DNA from: Styela clava
Taxonomy: Eukaryota
DNA length: 64,000 bases
Reading direction: 5' to 3'
Assembly: GCF_964204865.1 (NCBI RefSeq)
Contig: NC_135259.1
Span: 8,060,001 to 8,124,000, forward strand
A program made the translations under genes and the position numbers. Shown here one piece after another: positions 1 through 11,412 of the stretch. The first letter of the stretch is position 1. Each line of letters opens with the position of its first letter. Under the pieces are notes generated by a model. It was not told the DNA's origin. It searched no databases and worked only from the letters and a program-made list of their open reading frames with translations.

Positions 1-3
1 TAA

Positions 4-765
4 TGTTTTGGTACACAAACTAACCATGTTGAGATTGACAAAAGAGTTGAGGGAAGACAGGGGCATGACAAACCTGAATATTTGACGAAGGAATTCAAAA
101 TTTTGGAAGCACCCCAGGAAGTTTCAAAGCCAGAACCCATAAAACCGCAGGGTCCTGTATTCAAATTGAAGAACAGAATGCATATCGCTCAGATCAGACA
201 GGAAAACAAAGAAAATTTTGAAAAAGAACAAGCTAAGGAAAAGGCAAAGAACGAGCTAAGGAAAAGACGTTGGCTGAGAAGGAAAAGCATGCAACAACCT
301 TCATGAAAACCAACGGTAACAGCAAAGAAAAGTATTGAAAAGAAATGTGAAGTGAAACCATTCTCATTTGATTCAAGAGATAAAGGAAGATTTGCTAAAA
401 AGGAAGAAAAGATAAAACAAATTTTAGAATCCGAAAAAGCGAATGCAAGTTCATTTCGTGCTACTCCCATATGTCAAACAATTGCCCAGTAAAGCACTGC
501 CATCTAAAAATGTCAAACCACCTACTGAACCAAAACCTTTGCATATGTATTATGATGAGAGAGGAGCATTAAGGGCAGAGAAATGGAAAAAGGAGGTAAA
601 GGAGTGAAAGCATTGAGAGAAAAGCCTGAATTTAAAGCAACTACCAATTATTCTAAAGTACTTCAGGGAAAACCATTCAAGCCAGTTATCAACAAGAAAT
701 ACACAAAACTCTACCAGATGGAGCCGAAAAGATTTTCCAAACCTGGACAAAAATTGGAATGTTGA
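4..765 (+). pseudogene. TPX2: TPX2 (spindle assembly factor) C-terminal region, intronless and disabled; likely processed pseudogene, open at the window edge
   Basis: Translation across frames gives FKLKNRM, KPFSFDSRDK, FRATP, LPSKNVKPPTEPKP..DERGALRAEKWK and EFKA...KPFKP, collinear with remembered TPX2 motifs (FALKNRIRM, PFSFDSRDK, LPEKKVK..TDRRGALKAQTWK). In-frame TGA at 304-306, frameshifts near 470-490 and 600, no introns over more than 750 bp. Confidence 0.85.
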
Positions 766-1468
766 ATCTGCGTGAAATGACTACAAATGTCTGAATGTTG
801 GGAGTTCTCAAGCGAAATACGAACAAATGGTCAGAACAATGAAGAACCCTGTAACAGTAGCAAAGCAACACATAATTCTATTCAATGTAGAGAAAGTCCT
901 CAAATCATCTGAAATCTATGAAAACTTTTATTGTTAGTTTTTATGTGCAACAATTCGACTGCCTTCAAATTTTGGTATCTGTATATGCGTGTTCTAGAGT
1001 TTGTTTGTTTTGCTGTATTCAGTTTGCATTCTCTTTGATCACATGTAATTCTTACCCAAATGCGTTTATTTGGTTGAAACGTGTAGTTATTTTTTCAACT
1101 TCAACGAGTTTTTTTGTGTTTTCAGAATGCTGAAATGAAGTGTATTGTGTATGGGGTCGAAATAAACTTATACTTATATTTCCATGAATAGATTAAGGTT
1201 GTCATTCAGTGAGAACTGGGTAACAGCAAAACAGCAAAATTACCAATTCAATTGTGATAATATTCAATAAATTGCCTATCTGGGCCAATTGGAATATTAC
1301 TGATTATTCAAGATCATAAGTCCCATATAAAAAAATAGAAAACAAAAATTAAGTATATATATACAAGTAGTATATTTGGACTCCATGATCAGCATAAGGA
1401 TAAAATGATTGATAAACGTGCTGTGTGGTTAGGTATTTACTGTTGGATTTGTATCGCGTAATATCAGC

Positions 1469-1705
1469 ATGATCAAAGACCATCTACCGGAATTAAAGAA
1501 GTTTATGGATAGAAGATTGGATTTTAAAGTTAAATAGTGGACGATTTGTTAGGGGTGTATTGCGAGCTTTTGATCCTTTTATGAATCCTGTTGCGTGAAT
1601 GATGAAATAGAGTGCAGAAAAGACAGGATCACTGCACCTGTTGAAATGGTGGTCGTTCGTGAAAATTCAATTTAAATGTTGGAAGCATTGGAACTGATAC
1701 AATGA
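1469..1705 (+). pseudogene. SNRPG: Small nuclear ribonucleoprotein G (SmG), intronless disabled copy
   Basis: ATG at 1469: [17 protein letters not shown](fs)LKLNSGRFVRGVLRAFDPFMNPV...MVVVRENSI*MLEALELIQ*. Matches SmG ([37 protein letters not shown]...MVVIRGNSIIMLEALE), with frameshifts, stops and no introns. Confidence 0.9.
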
Positions 1706-2743
1706 TTTTAAGTTAAACTAATTGAAAACGACAAAAAACCTGATAGGCCTACCCCAATCCATGATTTGTGCATAGACTGATATGAAACATTCAATCTATT
1801 TAACGAGCTTGTTTTTTAGTAAAAAAAAATTTTGTCACTGTGTTCAGGTGTTATTTTTGCAATGAAATTGAACTACAGCATCACCATATTACGTCAACGA
1901 GTGTTTTTTACTCCATATTTTTGTAGTGGAAAGCACTGTTGTTAAACACATAGCTTACACCTCTCACATTTTGAAATTGATTAAAAGGTATTGTCGATTT
2001 CACATCGTGTTTTTGTTTCATTGTGTTTTTTTTTTCTGTTTGGTAGTTGTACGTTTTTAACTTTTTTATTAAGCTATGCCCATCCTCCAGGTCCTCTGCA
2101 TTTTGTTTATCGTTTGTTGTTATTTTGTTTCTTCCAGAGTGACCGAAATAAAATTGATTGATTGATAAAAACAAATACTGGTAATTAATAACAAATTACC
2201 GTACTGAATTGATTGTTGTAAGTGAATTGGGACCAATGATTAATTATCGCTGGTCAGCAAATACCCATCTGTCGTACCGGTACTAACCTAAATGCCGAAT
2301 TAAATCCAAAAGTACCGGTACCGGTATGTGATTGTTTTGTAAAAAACTTACGGAACTGGGGATCGGATGGAGTTCTATAAGCACTGTAGCGGGCATCTTG
2401 TCCCAGCACTTGTTGCCACACAGTCACGTTCATTTTTGTCTTTTAACACACAGCGACGAAACTACTATAGTCTAAATTGATTCAGAAATACCGAAATAGG
2501 TTGCGAACTGTTATAGTATCATGCAAAAAACATTTATCCGTGCACCTGAATGGACCTTTCTGCGACCTTTGACCCCCAAAAATTCTTTCTATATACAAGG
2601 GGTTCCCAAACCCAAACCGTATATAGAGGACTTGCACGGGTCACGTGACTTTGTTACTGGACGGCAATAAAACATAAACGTCCATTTGGCTTCTGTCAGT
2701 TGCAAGTCGGATTATACGTTTCCGTTTTATTTGGCTGTTGAAA

Positions 2744-3173
2744 ATGGTTATTTCGTATTGTTCCGTTAGCTGTACGTATAGTATGGACAACGAAATGGAT
2801 CTTCAGTTTCATTCCACTGTTTTCAAAAGTTCCGGAACGTCGCGCAATGTGGATATCTCTTGCACGGGTCACGTGACATTGTTACTGGACGGCAATAAAA
2901 CAAAAACGTCCATTTGGCTCCTGTCAGTTGCAAGTCGGATTATACGTTTGCGTTTTGTTTGGCTGTTGAAAATGGTTATTTCGTTGTTCTGTTGGCCGTA
3001 CGTATAGTATAGACAACAAAATGGATCTTCAGTAATATTCCACTGATTTCAAAAGATCCGGAACGTCGCGCAATGTGGATATCATCTATTGCCTATTGGC
3101 AGAACTGCTTGGTGTCAAGTCCAGAAGCCATCTTACTTGTGTTTCACTGTTTGCGGACAGCACTTCGTTGATG
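2744..3173 (+). pseudogene. THAP zinc-finger N-terminal exon relic in the left arm; its first part is tandemly duplicated (ATG 2744 and 2972)
   Basis: MVIS.CSV.CTYS..(fs)..SKDPERRAMWISSI...KPSY.CFTVCGQHFVDG followed by a GTGAGT donor at 3174. Fits the THAP pattern M..C...C.....FP.D..RR..W...C..HF. Confidence 0.75.
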
Positions 3174-3569
3174 GTGAGTGATAATGTGGTGATAGTGTGC
3201 CGTTATCAATTTCTTTAAGTATTCACAAGCTCCCTCATTTCAATGGAAAGCAGATGACAAACTACCCAGATAGCACAACTACGTTGGGCCAACGTTATAA
3301 TCCGCCGGCAACCGTTGTACGCGGTTTTACAACCATTTACCATGGTAAGGCCATGATTGGCCTTCAACGAAACACTCCATTATGCGAAGAAATGCGCGCG
3401 CGATTCGAATATAGCACATGAGGTCGCCATTCATTCTGGCGGTACTCGTAATCGATAGCCTGTTACGAGGTTTTTGCCGTGGATGGGACAGTGACATTGA
3501 ACTTTTAATGCTTTCATAGTAGAATGGCGAAAGTAGAGATAGCCTAGTTGTAACCGTGTAAGTTAATCT

Positions 3570-3990
3570 CATGGTACCGGTACCCTAAGTGCGTTGTCAG
3601 GTCACGGTTCATAAGGGTGATAGGGTACCATACCGGTAAAAGTTACATATTTATCCCTGGACACCGTAGGTACCGGTAACGGCAGAACGAGATGAGGTAC
3701 GGTACCGTGCTTGGTCTTTTGGCATTTTTTTGTTAAACTTTTTTAGGTTGCCATCTCTCATTTACCAGTATTCGTTATCGAGTACCGGTACCGTACCAAT
3801 GGTAGATACCGGTAAAAGTTACATATTTATCCTGGACACCGTAGGTACCGGTAACGACAGAACGAGATGAGGTACCGTACCGTACAGTACATTACCGTAC
3901 TTGGTCTTTTGGCACATTTTTTTGTTAAACTTTCTGAGGTTGCCATCTCTTATTTACCAGTATTCGTTATCGAGTACCGATACCGGTATT
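3570..3990 (+). repeat. About 180-bp imperfect tandem duplication rich in GGTACC/GTACCGGTAC palindromes, inside the CACTA-like element
   Basis: ACCGGTAAAAGTTACATATTTATCC...GTATTCGTTATCGAGTACCG occurs at about 3631 and about 3808. Confidence 0.8.
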
Positions 3991-5010
3991 GGTCCTTCAT
4001 CCCTGGATATGATTTTTTATATTTACTTTATTTGTATAAGTGCAAACATTTCCGCAGCCCAAATCCAACCCGTTGAACGACTTAATCCAGTAATCTGAAT
4101 AGTTGTACAGTTGTGAACCTTCTGTCTGATGAATTTCAACAAATCTAAATACAGATCTCAATTGGCTGAAATCTAAAATATGTTTTAACAATTGCCACAA
4201 TCAAACTGAAACTAAAATTTGATGTTTTTGGGTAAAAAATAGCTGAAGGATTATTGTTTTCCCTTTTTGTTTTTGTAACACTTTAAATTTTTTTTTTAAT
4301 TTTTGTCCGAGGTCCGAGAACTTTGTCCAACCCTGCTCTATTTCATATTTTCAGCTTTGTTGAGAAATAAATTACTGATTTTTGAATAATATCTATTTTG
4401 TTTTAAAATTCAATAGAATTATATTGGGTAATCATATATAATAATATGATTTATTTTCAGTATGTATGCTATGTAATCTTACCCAACCAACCTTAATTAA
4501 GTGTTATTATCGGAAAGTAGACCGCTAGCAAAAAGATTCGGGCGATTGGGGGGAAGCCCACTCTGTACAATGACTGCCAAATGTGCATGCAACTGTGCAA
4601 TGCCCAGCGACTCTAAAAGCATGAAGTATTGTACGACACATCCTTTACAAATATTTGGACATATTTTGTGTAATATCCATTTTTTTCCGGTTATTCTAAA
4701 TAATTATTACCGATTAGATATTCTGTCAAGTGTCAATATTACCATTGTAAGTTTAATGATATATACCATTTTTATAACAGGCCCTATGACAATGGACTGG
4801 AAAATTCACCTGCTTCAATTCCCTCTTTAACGCAATCATACACTGTGTCATTTCAAGCATCTCAATGTTTCAATGCGGACAATGCCCAAAACAGGTGTTT
4901 TTGTTTTATAGTTTGATAGTAGCTCCTTGCATACCTGTGCCATAAAATATTGCACAATAGCTAGATATATCGGTTGAATAATTACCTAGTACAACATCAT
5001 GTGGTTAATA

Positions 5011-5469
5011 CCGTATTTTCCGGCGAATAAGTCGCTTTTCTAGACCCAAATTTTTAGCCTGATTTTGGGGGGGGGGTCGTCTTATTAGGCGAGTATGATC
5101 ATTTTCATTTTTTTGTCGCCCTATTAATGAACCCGGACAATAAAATACCTTCGGCGATAGCATCCCCCACGTCCTCATCAGGTTAGTTTAATTAAATCGA
5201 CATTCTCGTGCTGTGAATCTGAAATTTCAATGCTGTGATTATCATATTTGCATTATCATATATGGACTGAATATTACGCTACAAAAAAAAGTCATAGGCT
5301 ATTTTAACCAATGCGCAAACGCGGCGACCGCTCGAAAGGCATTGCATGGTAATTTGAGATTCCCGACGTTGATGCGATTTTACTACCCCGACTCATCGGC
5401 CGGTTATATGCAAAAACCCATTTTTTCAGGCTTAAAAACAGGCCTCGTCTTATTCGCCGGAAAATACGG
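5011..5469. mobile_element. Tc1/mariner-pogo-type MITE (459 bp)
   Basis: Perfect TIR CCGTATTTTCCGGCGAATAAG / CTTATTCGCCGGAAAATACGG, with TA on both sides. Confidence 0.85.
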
Positions 5470-5586
5470 TAACTAATATTAATGAAAAATTTATATTCTG
5501 GTAATTAGTATAGGCCATTCGTTCACGTTTATCATCTGAAAGACAATCATGTACTATATATTGTGTAACACTAACTTGATTTTCAG

Positions 5587-6714
5587 AGATCAAGCCATGC
5601 TCCAATCCAGTCCATGGAAAAGTTGTTGGGACAGGCGGTAGAAACTCTTATGCTACAAGCTACGGCATCTGCAACTTTCCACTGATTATAGTGTGGACTC
5701 GGACATAAAGGAATTGATGAAATTCATTGTCAATTCATTGTCTGATTACATTTTGATCCAGAAAACATTCAAGGATGAAAAAATCGCTCGTAAGTTGAAT
5801 ACTTTTATAGGCTGATTACATACACTTTACGGCAGTGGTACCCAAACTTTTTTTTCCGCGATCCCAATTTTTGTAAAATCACAGACTACAGATACTTGTG
5901 ACCCCACAACGAGAAAACATTAAAAATCAATTTATTCTATTCAATCATTCTGATGAAAATCAACTGTAAGTTTGCGGGGCATTAGTGCAACGTGGTTGTA
6001 CTTGTACTTAAGTTCAGTGGTTCCCAACCTTTTTACCCCAGCGGCCAGCGGGCATGCAAAATTAATTTAAGAGTTCGCTCACCGGTAACACATGCCATCG
6101 TATGAAGACCACGATGTATAAATCTCTGAGATTCAGAATATTTGTTTAGTTTTAGTACAATGTTAAAATATTGCAGATTACTCCATAATTAATTGGAAAG
6201 CCAAACAGAACATGAAAGTAAAATAGGTGAAAATACCCTTGCTGGGTCTCATCTTATTGAGTGCCTTTTATTTTTTGTCGTTTTGTTTTTGACTGCATGA
6301 AGCGCTTCGAATTTATGTATGAAATACAATATGCCCAATATTTTCGCTTCGTGTTCAAGGAAGATTATTTAAATGTCTAAATACGATCTGATTGCAATAT
6401 TAAAATTGTTCACTTTTATACGAATGGGATGTGGACAAAACACATATGTGTATATTTTAGAGTAGATACTCGCGATAATTTAACATAGAGCTTTTGCAAC
6501 GGATGAAAACCTTTTCATTAGATGTATTCTTATAATTGTGCTTATTTACTCATTCCAGATAAGATATTTGTCAAGTCTTGGAGGTTGCTCCGAGAAAGAC
6601 TGGATTGGAGAATCATGAGCTCAGTTATAACAAATTTACTCTCCCGCTCTTTCAACTGTGCAGGACGCGGTGGATAAGGAGTGAGTGGGACGCCCTTAGT
6701 TTCTGCTATTAAAG
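5587..6714 (+). pseudogene. Degenerate spliced accessory ORF of the CACTA-like element (DUF4806/BEN-like)
   Basis: AG/GT-bounded blocks at about 5587-5789 and 6559-6714. The second reads IRYLSSLGG..(fs)..RIMSSVITNLLSRSFNCAGRGG*GVSGTPLVSAIK, resembling the LGG..R.M....N.L...FN..G...T.L pattern of DUF4806. Contains stops. Confidence 0.5.
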
Positions 6715-7889
6715 GTACGTATGTAATATGTTTATCATATTGTACCACCATCTTTCTCTGCTCTACCCTCTTCTATTTTATAAGTATAAGATTATTTTGA
6801 CTCCAAATCAGCTTAAGATAATTCATAAGGGAAATGAACAAAAATTGATTAAATAGAATCTGACAATCTGGAGTGAAAACAAAACCTTAATTAAGATTGA
6901 AGCGTAAAGAATATAAGGTTTTGCCAAAAAGATGCCTATCGTGTTCATGAATTAAATTAAGTTACTCACACACAACAACAACAGAGATATAATAAAATAA
7001 AAACAGGCGAGAAAATTTAGATAAGTTTGGTAGTAAACAAAATGTACTTGCCAGTTGCCACACCATTCATTTTTATCATTATGATTGTCAAATTGAATAA
7101 TGATTTTGTAAACAACTGTGAACAGTAAAGAAATTGAATGTAGATTTTGTATACAAAAGTGAACAGTATAGAAAAATATTTATTAAGGAGATATCGCCAA
7201 GCTGATTATGGTTAGAGTCAAGTGCCAAATTGCCAATCCAATGTTGCCAGAGTTTGGTGCATAATGGCGAACAGTGGTTTTCGAACTTATTTGTATCATC
7301 GCTCCCGTACAGTACTTTTTACATTATCATCCCCCCCTAGCACAACAGCAAATTATGAATTTACAAATTAATTTATTTTAAATCAATTAAACAAATAGAC
7401 TAATCATGGTGCATGATGTTTCTAATAATGTAGATGAATTTCAACAAGGAATATTTGAAGACATTTTAGTCAGATAAAATCTCAAATCATCATTATTCCC
7501 TCCAACAAATATTCCCCTCAAAACATTGTCTACGCCCCCCTTGCGGAATCAAGAATTTCTGTATTTCTCAATTATTATTGTCTTGTCAATGTAAGCTTCA
7601 CTCACACATTTGCGACTGCAGAAACTTGGCTTAAGATTCCTACTCTGAAAATTTGTTGGGATGCAGTCATTCAGACTAGGCTTTGAACTCTGGTGCTGTA
7701 ATTTGCTAATACTGCAATTTAACACAGAATTTTAATATTTTTCAGCTCTGGATGATCTGGCAACGAACTCCGATTAATTTTATTACATGTATACATATTT
7801 GTAAAATAAAGACATTTTGTTATTTTTTGTTTTTTATTATATAAATAATGTTAGATTAGTGGGAAATTTCTATGTAGTATAGATCCATA

Positions 7890-8210
7890 CCCTGTCTGTA
7901 CAACACATCGCCTAACTTGGCCCGACCATGTGCCACGATTGTATTACAACGTGTCACCTACGTAGGCCCGTCTATATGTCACGATTGCGTTACAACGTAT
8001 CGCCAACGTTGGACCGGCCATATTTCACGATTGTGTTACAACGTATCGCCTACGTTGGCCCGACCATTTGCCACGGTTGCATTACAGCGAAAGGACCGAC
8101 GTTGGCCCAGCGGCCAAATCTTCGCTGGAACATGGTTGTTCGCCATTATTGGGCCGGTGGTTCGAACAACGTTCGGCCATGGTTGTTCCGACGTAGTTGT
8201 GCTATCTGGG
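7890..8210 (+). repeat. Subterminal array of about 48-bp units at the right end of the CACTA-like element
   Basis: Repeated ACAACGTATCGCC(T/A)ACGTTGG(C/A)CC..CCAT....CACGATTG units. Confidence 0.8.
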
Positions 8211-8435
8211 TACTGTTATCAGTAGGCCTAGGTGCAGACTTGACTTGTGTAAGACAGTAAGGAATTAATCTAATAATCAACTACTGTTATTAGTAGGCCT
8301 AGGTGCAGACTTGACTTGTGTAAGACAGTAAGGAATTAATCTAATAATCAACTACTGTTATTAGTAGGCCTAGGCGTGGGCCTACTTGCAGTTGCAGACT
8401 TGACTTGTGTAAGACAGTAAGGAATTAATAATCAA
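8211..8435 (+). repeat. About 71-bp tandem repeat, about 3 copies
   Basis: TACTGTTAT(C/T)AGTAGGCCTAGGTGCAGACTTGACTTGTGTAAGACAGTAAGGAATTAAT repeated; single-copy in the opposite arm. Confidence 0.85.
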
Positions 8436-8564
8436 TTGCTGTAAGGTATTGTTTCCCTAATTAGCAGGTAATCTATTACTAAGTGTAAAAGGTTGAATAG
8501 ATAACTAAAGTTTAACACCAGTGTTCATGCAAAAAATAACCAGAATTCAATTGAATTCGCCATC

Positions 8565-8772
8565 TAGGAATACGCTCGCCTGATACTGATCACCCTGGTA
8601 GTTTCACAGGTTTTAATCCCATGCGGGGATGGTTATGTGCTAGAGGATTGTAGCTCCACTCCCACCGAGGGTGGTTCACATGACCGCTGATCGGTTACGA
8701 CCATTCCCCACCATCCAAGTCCATGCTTCTGGAAACAAATAACTGGCTCTCCCCCAGATAAATTCTATCCTA
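8565..8772 (+). mobile_element. Decayed tRNA-derived SINE copy
   Basis: Shares AATCCCATGCGGGGAT.GTTATGT..GAGGATTG, GGGTGGTTCAC, CATGCTTC.GGAAACAAATAACT and a CTATCCT tail with 22215-22527. Confidence 0.65.
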
Positions 8773-9197
8773 ATGGTGCTTGTACAACTGATTCAAAATG
8801 TCTTTTTATTGTCATTGGTAAAAAAGATATGCTACCCGGAATCAAATTCATTTACGACTAGTGGCTGTGGTGGGATATGGACATAAATTTCACACTCCTT
8901 GATCGTTAGATTTTATGAAAACTCTTATCTGTATCCATTATTGGACACGTAGTGGACATAACGATCGTTTCAATATTATGTTGTTGTTGTTCTTGTTCTT
9001 GTTCTTGTTGTTCTTTGACACGTTTTTAAAAAGTCGCTTTTCTCTTCGAATACTGGACCAATTGCTTTGAAATTTTTAGTGGTTAAAGATAAAAATTTTC
9101 TCCAGAAGGCTATTACTTTTTTTTTCGCTATGACGTCATCAAAATTATGTGACTCTACGTGTCCATATATTTGAGCATAGCTCTCTTGTCTTACAGA

Positions 9198-9560
9198 TAT
9201 GGGTGCGACCATGGAATAGATGGATGGCAAAGTATAAGTTGCAACAAGACCACAGTGGCACAAGACCTCAGCTTGCGTGACTTGATAATACATCCTCAGT
9301 ATCCATTTATTGATGCCTATCGTAATGACCAAGTAACTTGTCATTACTGTGGATTGGTGGAGATAAAGTGTCCATTGTGCTTTAACGAAATCAACTTCAA
9401 GACGACCCTATCAAGAAAAAAAATTTGTTTCGGTGGGTCTGGTCGTGAAGGTTTCAGTCTAACGTTGGACACCGATACTACAACCAGATACAGTCGCTAA
9501 TGAAACTTAAGCGAGGCGTAATATTGCGACTTTGTGATCTGAAAGGAAATTCTGATGGGT
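9198..9560 (+). pseudogene. YqaJ/lambda-exonuclease-like domain relic (transposon accessory nuclease)
   Basis: LIIHPQYPFIDAYRNDQVTCHYCGLVEIKCP, then after a frameshift HRYYNQIQSLMKL..*YCDFVI. These match the eukaryotic YqaJ motifs (ASPDG..C.CCG...EIKCP; H.YY.Q.Q...CDFVVW); the ASPDG motif has decayed. Confidence 0.85.
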
Positions 9561-10349
9561 AGCCGGCTAGCCGCAACCTTTTGTTTAAAGAATATTATGA
9601 GATACGTCTTAAGAGTCTAAACTTTTGTTTGAGAGGGGTGTAACCCAAGCTAATTTGCAAATAGTATTCATGGTACCAAATGTCTCACACACTTTACAGT
9701 AATTATAAATTATATTTGAAAAATAAAGCACGTCAAAAATGTATTTTTAAAAATCAATTGGTTTTATCTGCAGATACTAGGTTGATATTAAGATTGACCA
9801 TTTCAATGCTAAATTTTCTTTAGTCAAAAGGCACACTTGATTCGCAAAAATTTGTGAATGCGCACAGTACACCAATTTGTCTAATGTTTTGATTCCATAG
9901 GCAGGAGGTTGTGGATCGGTGCTGCTCAGGATGGGATATCTTCGCCTCTAAATGCATATTACGTGTTTCACATGAATCCATCGTGCTCAGATTAGACTAT
10001 TTTCAAGGTCTGAAGGCTCCAACAGCCTTATTTTATGGGTACACAAGAGAATTTTCAGTGTGGCATGCATGAGTCCCTAACCTCAAGATATCTATAAGCA
10101 AGGATAAGATAACCTGGAAGTAACATTCCATAATTTAGAGTACAAAATGTATCTGCCTCCACAGTCCTTTCAAATGGAAGATATGATGCCTCGGGGGTAA
10201 TTTCTATCAAATATTTTACAGTATTATGGTTCTAGTGAAAAGGGGTGTAGGCGGCTTTTTTTTTAAGTGTGGTAGGTCTAGTCGAAAGACACATTAAATG
10301 TTTATGCTAACAACTGCGAATTAATATTGCAACGCATCCAAAGTTAACA

Positions 10350-11412
10350 GAATTTGTTGAAATGGTCCTGCCTTTTGCCTTTCTTCAAAATCCTCCTTTT
10401 TCTAACTATTCTCTTCTTCTCTGGGGATGGCGAAAATTCAAATATCGATGGGACATGTAAGCAGCTGATAATGGGTTATCTTTCCTTTTTCCTGAAAATA
10501 AAATTAAACACTAATCATCATTTAACAGTGCCAAGTTTGTGTATCAGATCAGTAATAAATTACCTGCTAACTAACAAAACAATCAGACAACACCTTCTGA
10601 CCATTAATGAAGATTTCTTTCAATTTCAAACGCAACTATGCCTACCAATGTGGGTAGTTTTTAGGATAGAATTTATCTGGGGTTGGGGACAGATTGCAAG
10701 GTGCAACATCGTACGATTACCTATATATTCTATGTCGGGATTAGTTAGCCAGGTATTTGTTTTAGAAGCATGGACTTGATGGTGGGGGATGTCATAATCA
10801 ACCAGCAGTCGTGTGAACCACCCTTAGTGGGAGTAGAGCTGCAATCCCCTCGCACATAACTATCCCCGCATGGGATTGGAACCTGTGAAACTCCCAGGTG
10901 GGTCAGAGATGCGGTGGCGAGCGTATTCTCAGATAGAGAATTCAATTGAATTCTGGTTATTTTTTGCATTAGCACTGGCGTTAAACTTTAGTTATCTATT
11001 CAAATTTTCACACTTACTAATAGATTACCTGCTAACTAGGGAAACAATACCGCATGGCAATTATTGATTAATACCTTACACGAGTCAAGTCTGCAAGTAG
11101 GCCTACCTCTAAGCCTACCAATAACAGTAGTTTGTCATCTGCTTTCCATTGAAATGAGGGAGCTTATGAATATTTAAAAAAATTGATAACGGCACATCAT
11201 GACTCACCATCAACGAAGTGCTGTCCGCAAACAGTGAAACACAAGTGAGATGGCTTCTGGACTTGACACCAAGCAGTCCTGCCAATAGACTGATAGATGA
11301 TATCCACATTGCGCGACGTTCCGGATCTTTTGAAAACAGTGGAATATAGCTGAAGATCCATTTCGTTGTCTATACTATACGTACAGCCAGCGGAACAACA
11401 CGAAATAACCAT
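10350..11412 (-). pseudogene. Spliced THAP-domain relic, likely the 5' part of the element's transposase gene
   Basis: Exon 11412-11208 reads MVISCCSAGCTYS..(fs)FSKDPERRAMWISSI..VCGQHFVD with a GTGAGT donor (phase 1). Exon from 10491 reads GKRKDNPLSAAY(fs)VPSIFEFSPSPEKKR, the THAP C-terminal Y-VPSIF box. No DDE domain seen. Confidence 0.75.
10661..10930 (-). mobile_element. Decayed tRNA-derived SINE copy in the THAP intron
   Basis: Reverse complement of the SINE body seen at 8565-8772 and 22215-22527. Confidence 0.65.

Larger units (their letters stand above)
3265..8210 (+). mobile_element. CACTA/EnSpm-like (CMC) non-autonomous DNA transposon, 4.9 kb, with TA target duplication
   Basis: TIRs CCCAGATAGCACAACTACGT (3265) and ACGTAGTTGTGCTATCTGGG (8210), with TA on both sides. 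The homologous empty site GACAAACTACTGTTATT lies in the opposite arm (TA at 11128-11129). Subterminal tandem repeats and a DUF4806-like exon are internal. The superfamily assignment is inference. Confidence 0.75.

Noticed and set aside
2625-3089. The 230-bp tandem unit as an independent MITE with imperfect TIRs (AGAGGACTTGCAC / GTGGATATCATCT)
   Set aside because: The apparent right TIR is THAP coding sequence (WISSI), and homology with the other arm continues past it.
7917-8260. ORFs of 102-110 aa in the ORF track
   Set aside because: They are translations of the subterminal repeat array.
7890-8435. CRISPR-like array suggested by regularly spaced repeats
   Set aside because: The units are contiguous tandem repeats without unique spacers, there are no cas genes, and the context is eukaryotic.
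8880-9170. Possible Helentron/DINE-like non-autonomous element with a (GTTCTT)n microsatellite
   Set aside because: The resemblance is only general; no termini or second copy could be defined in the window.
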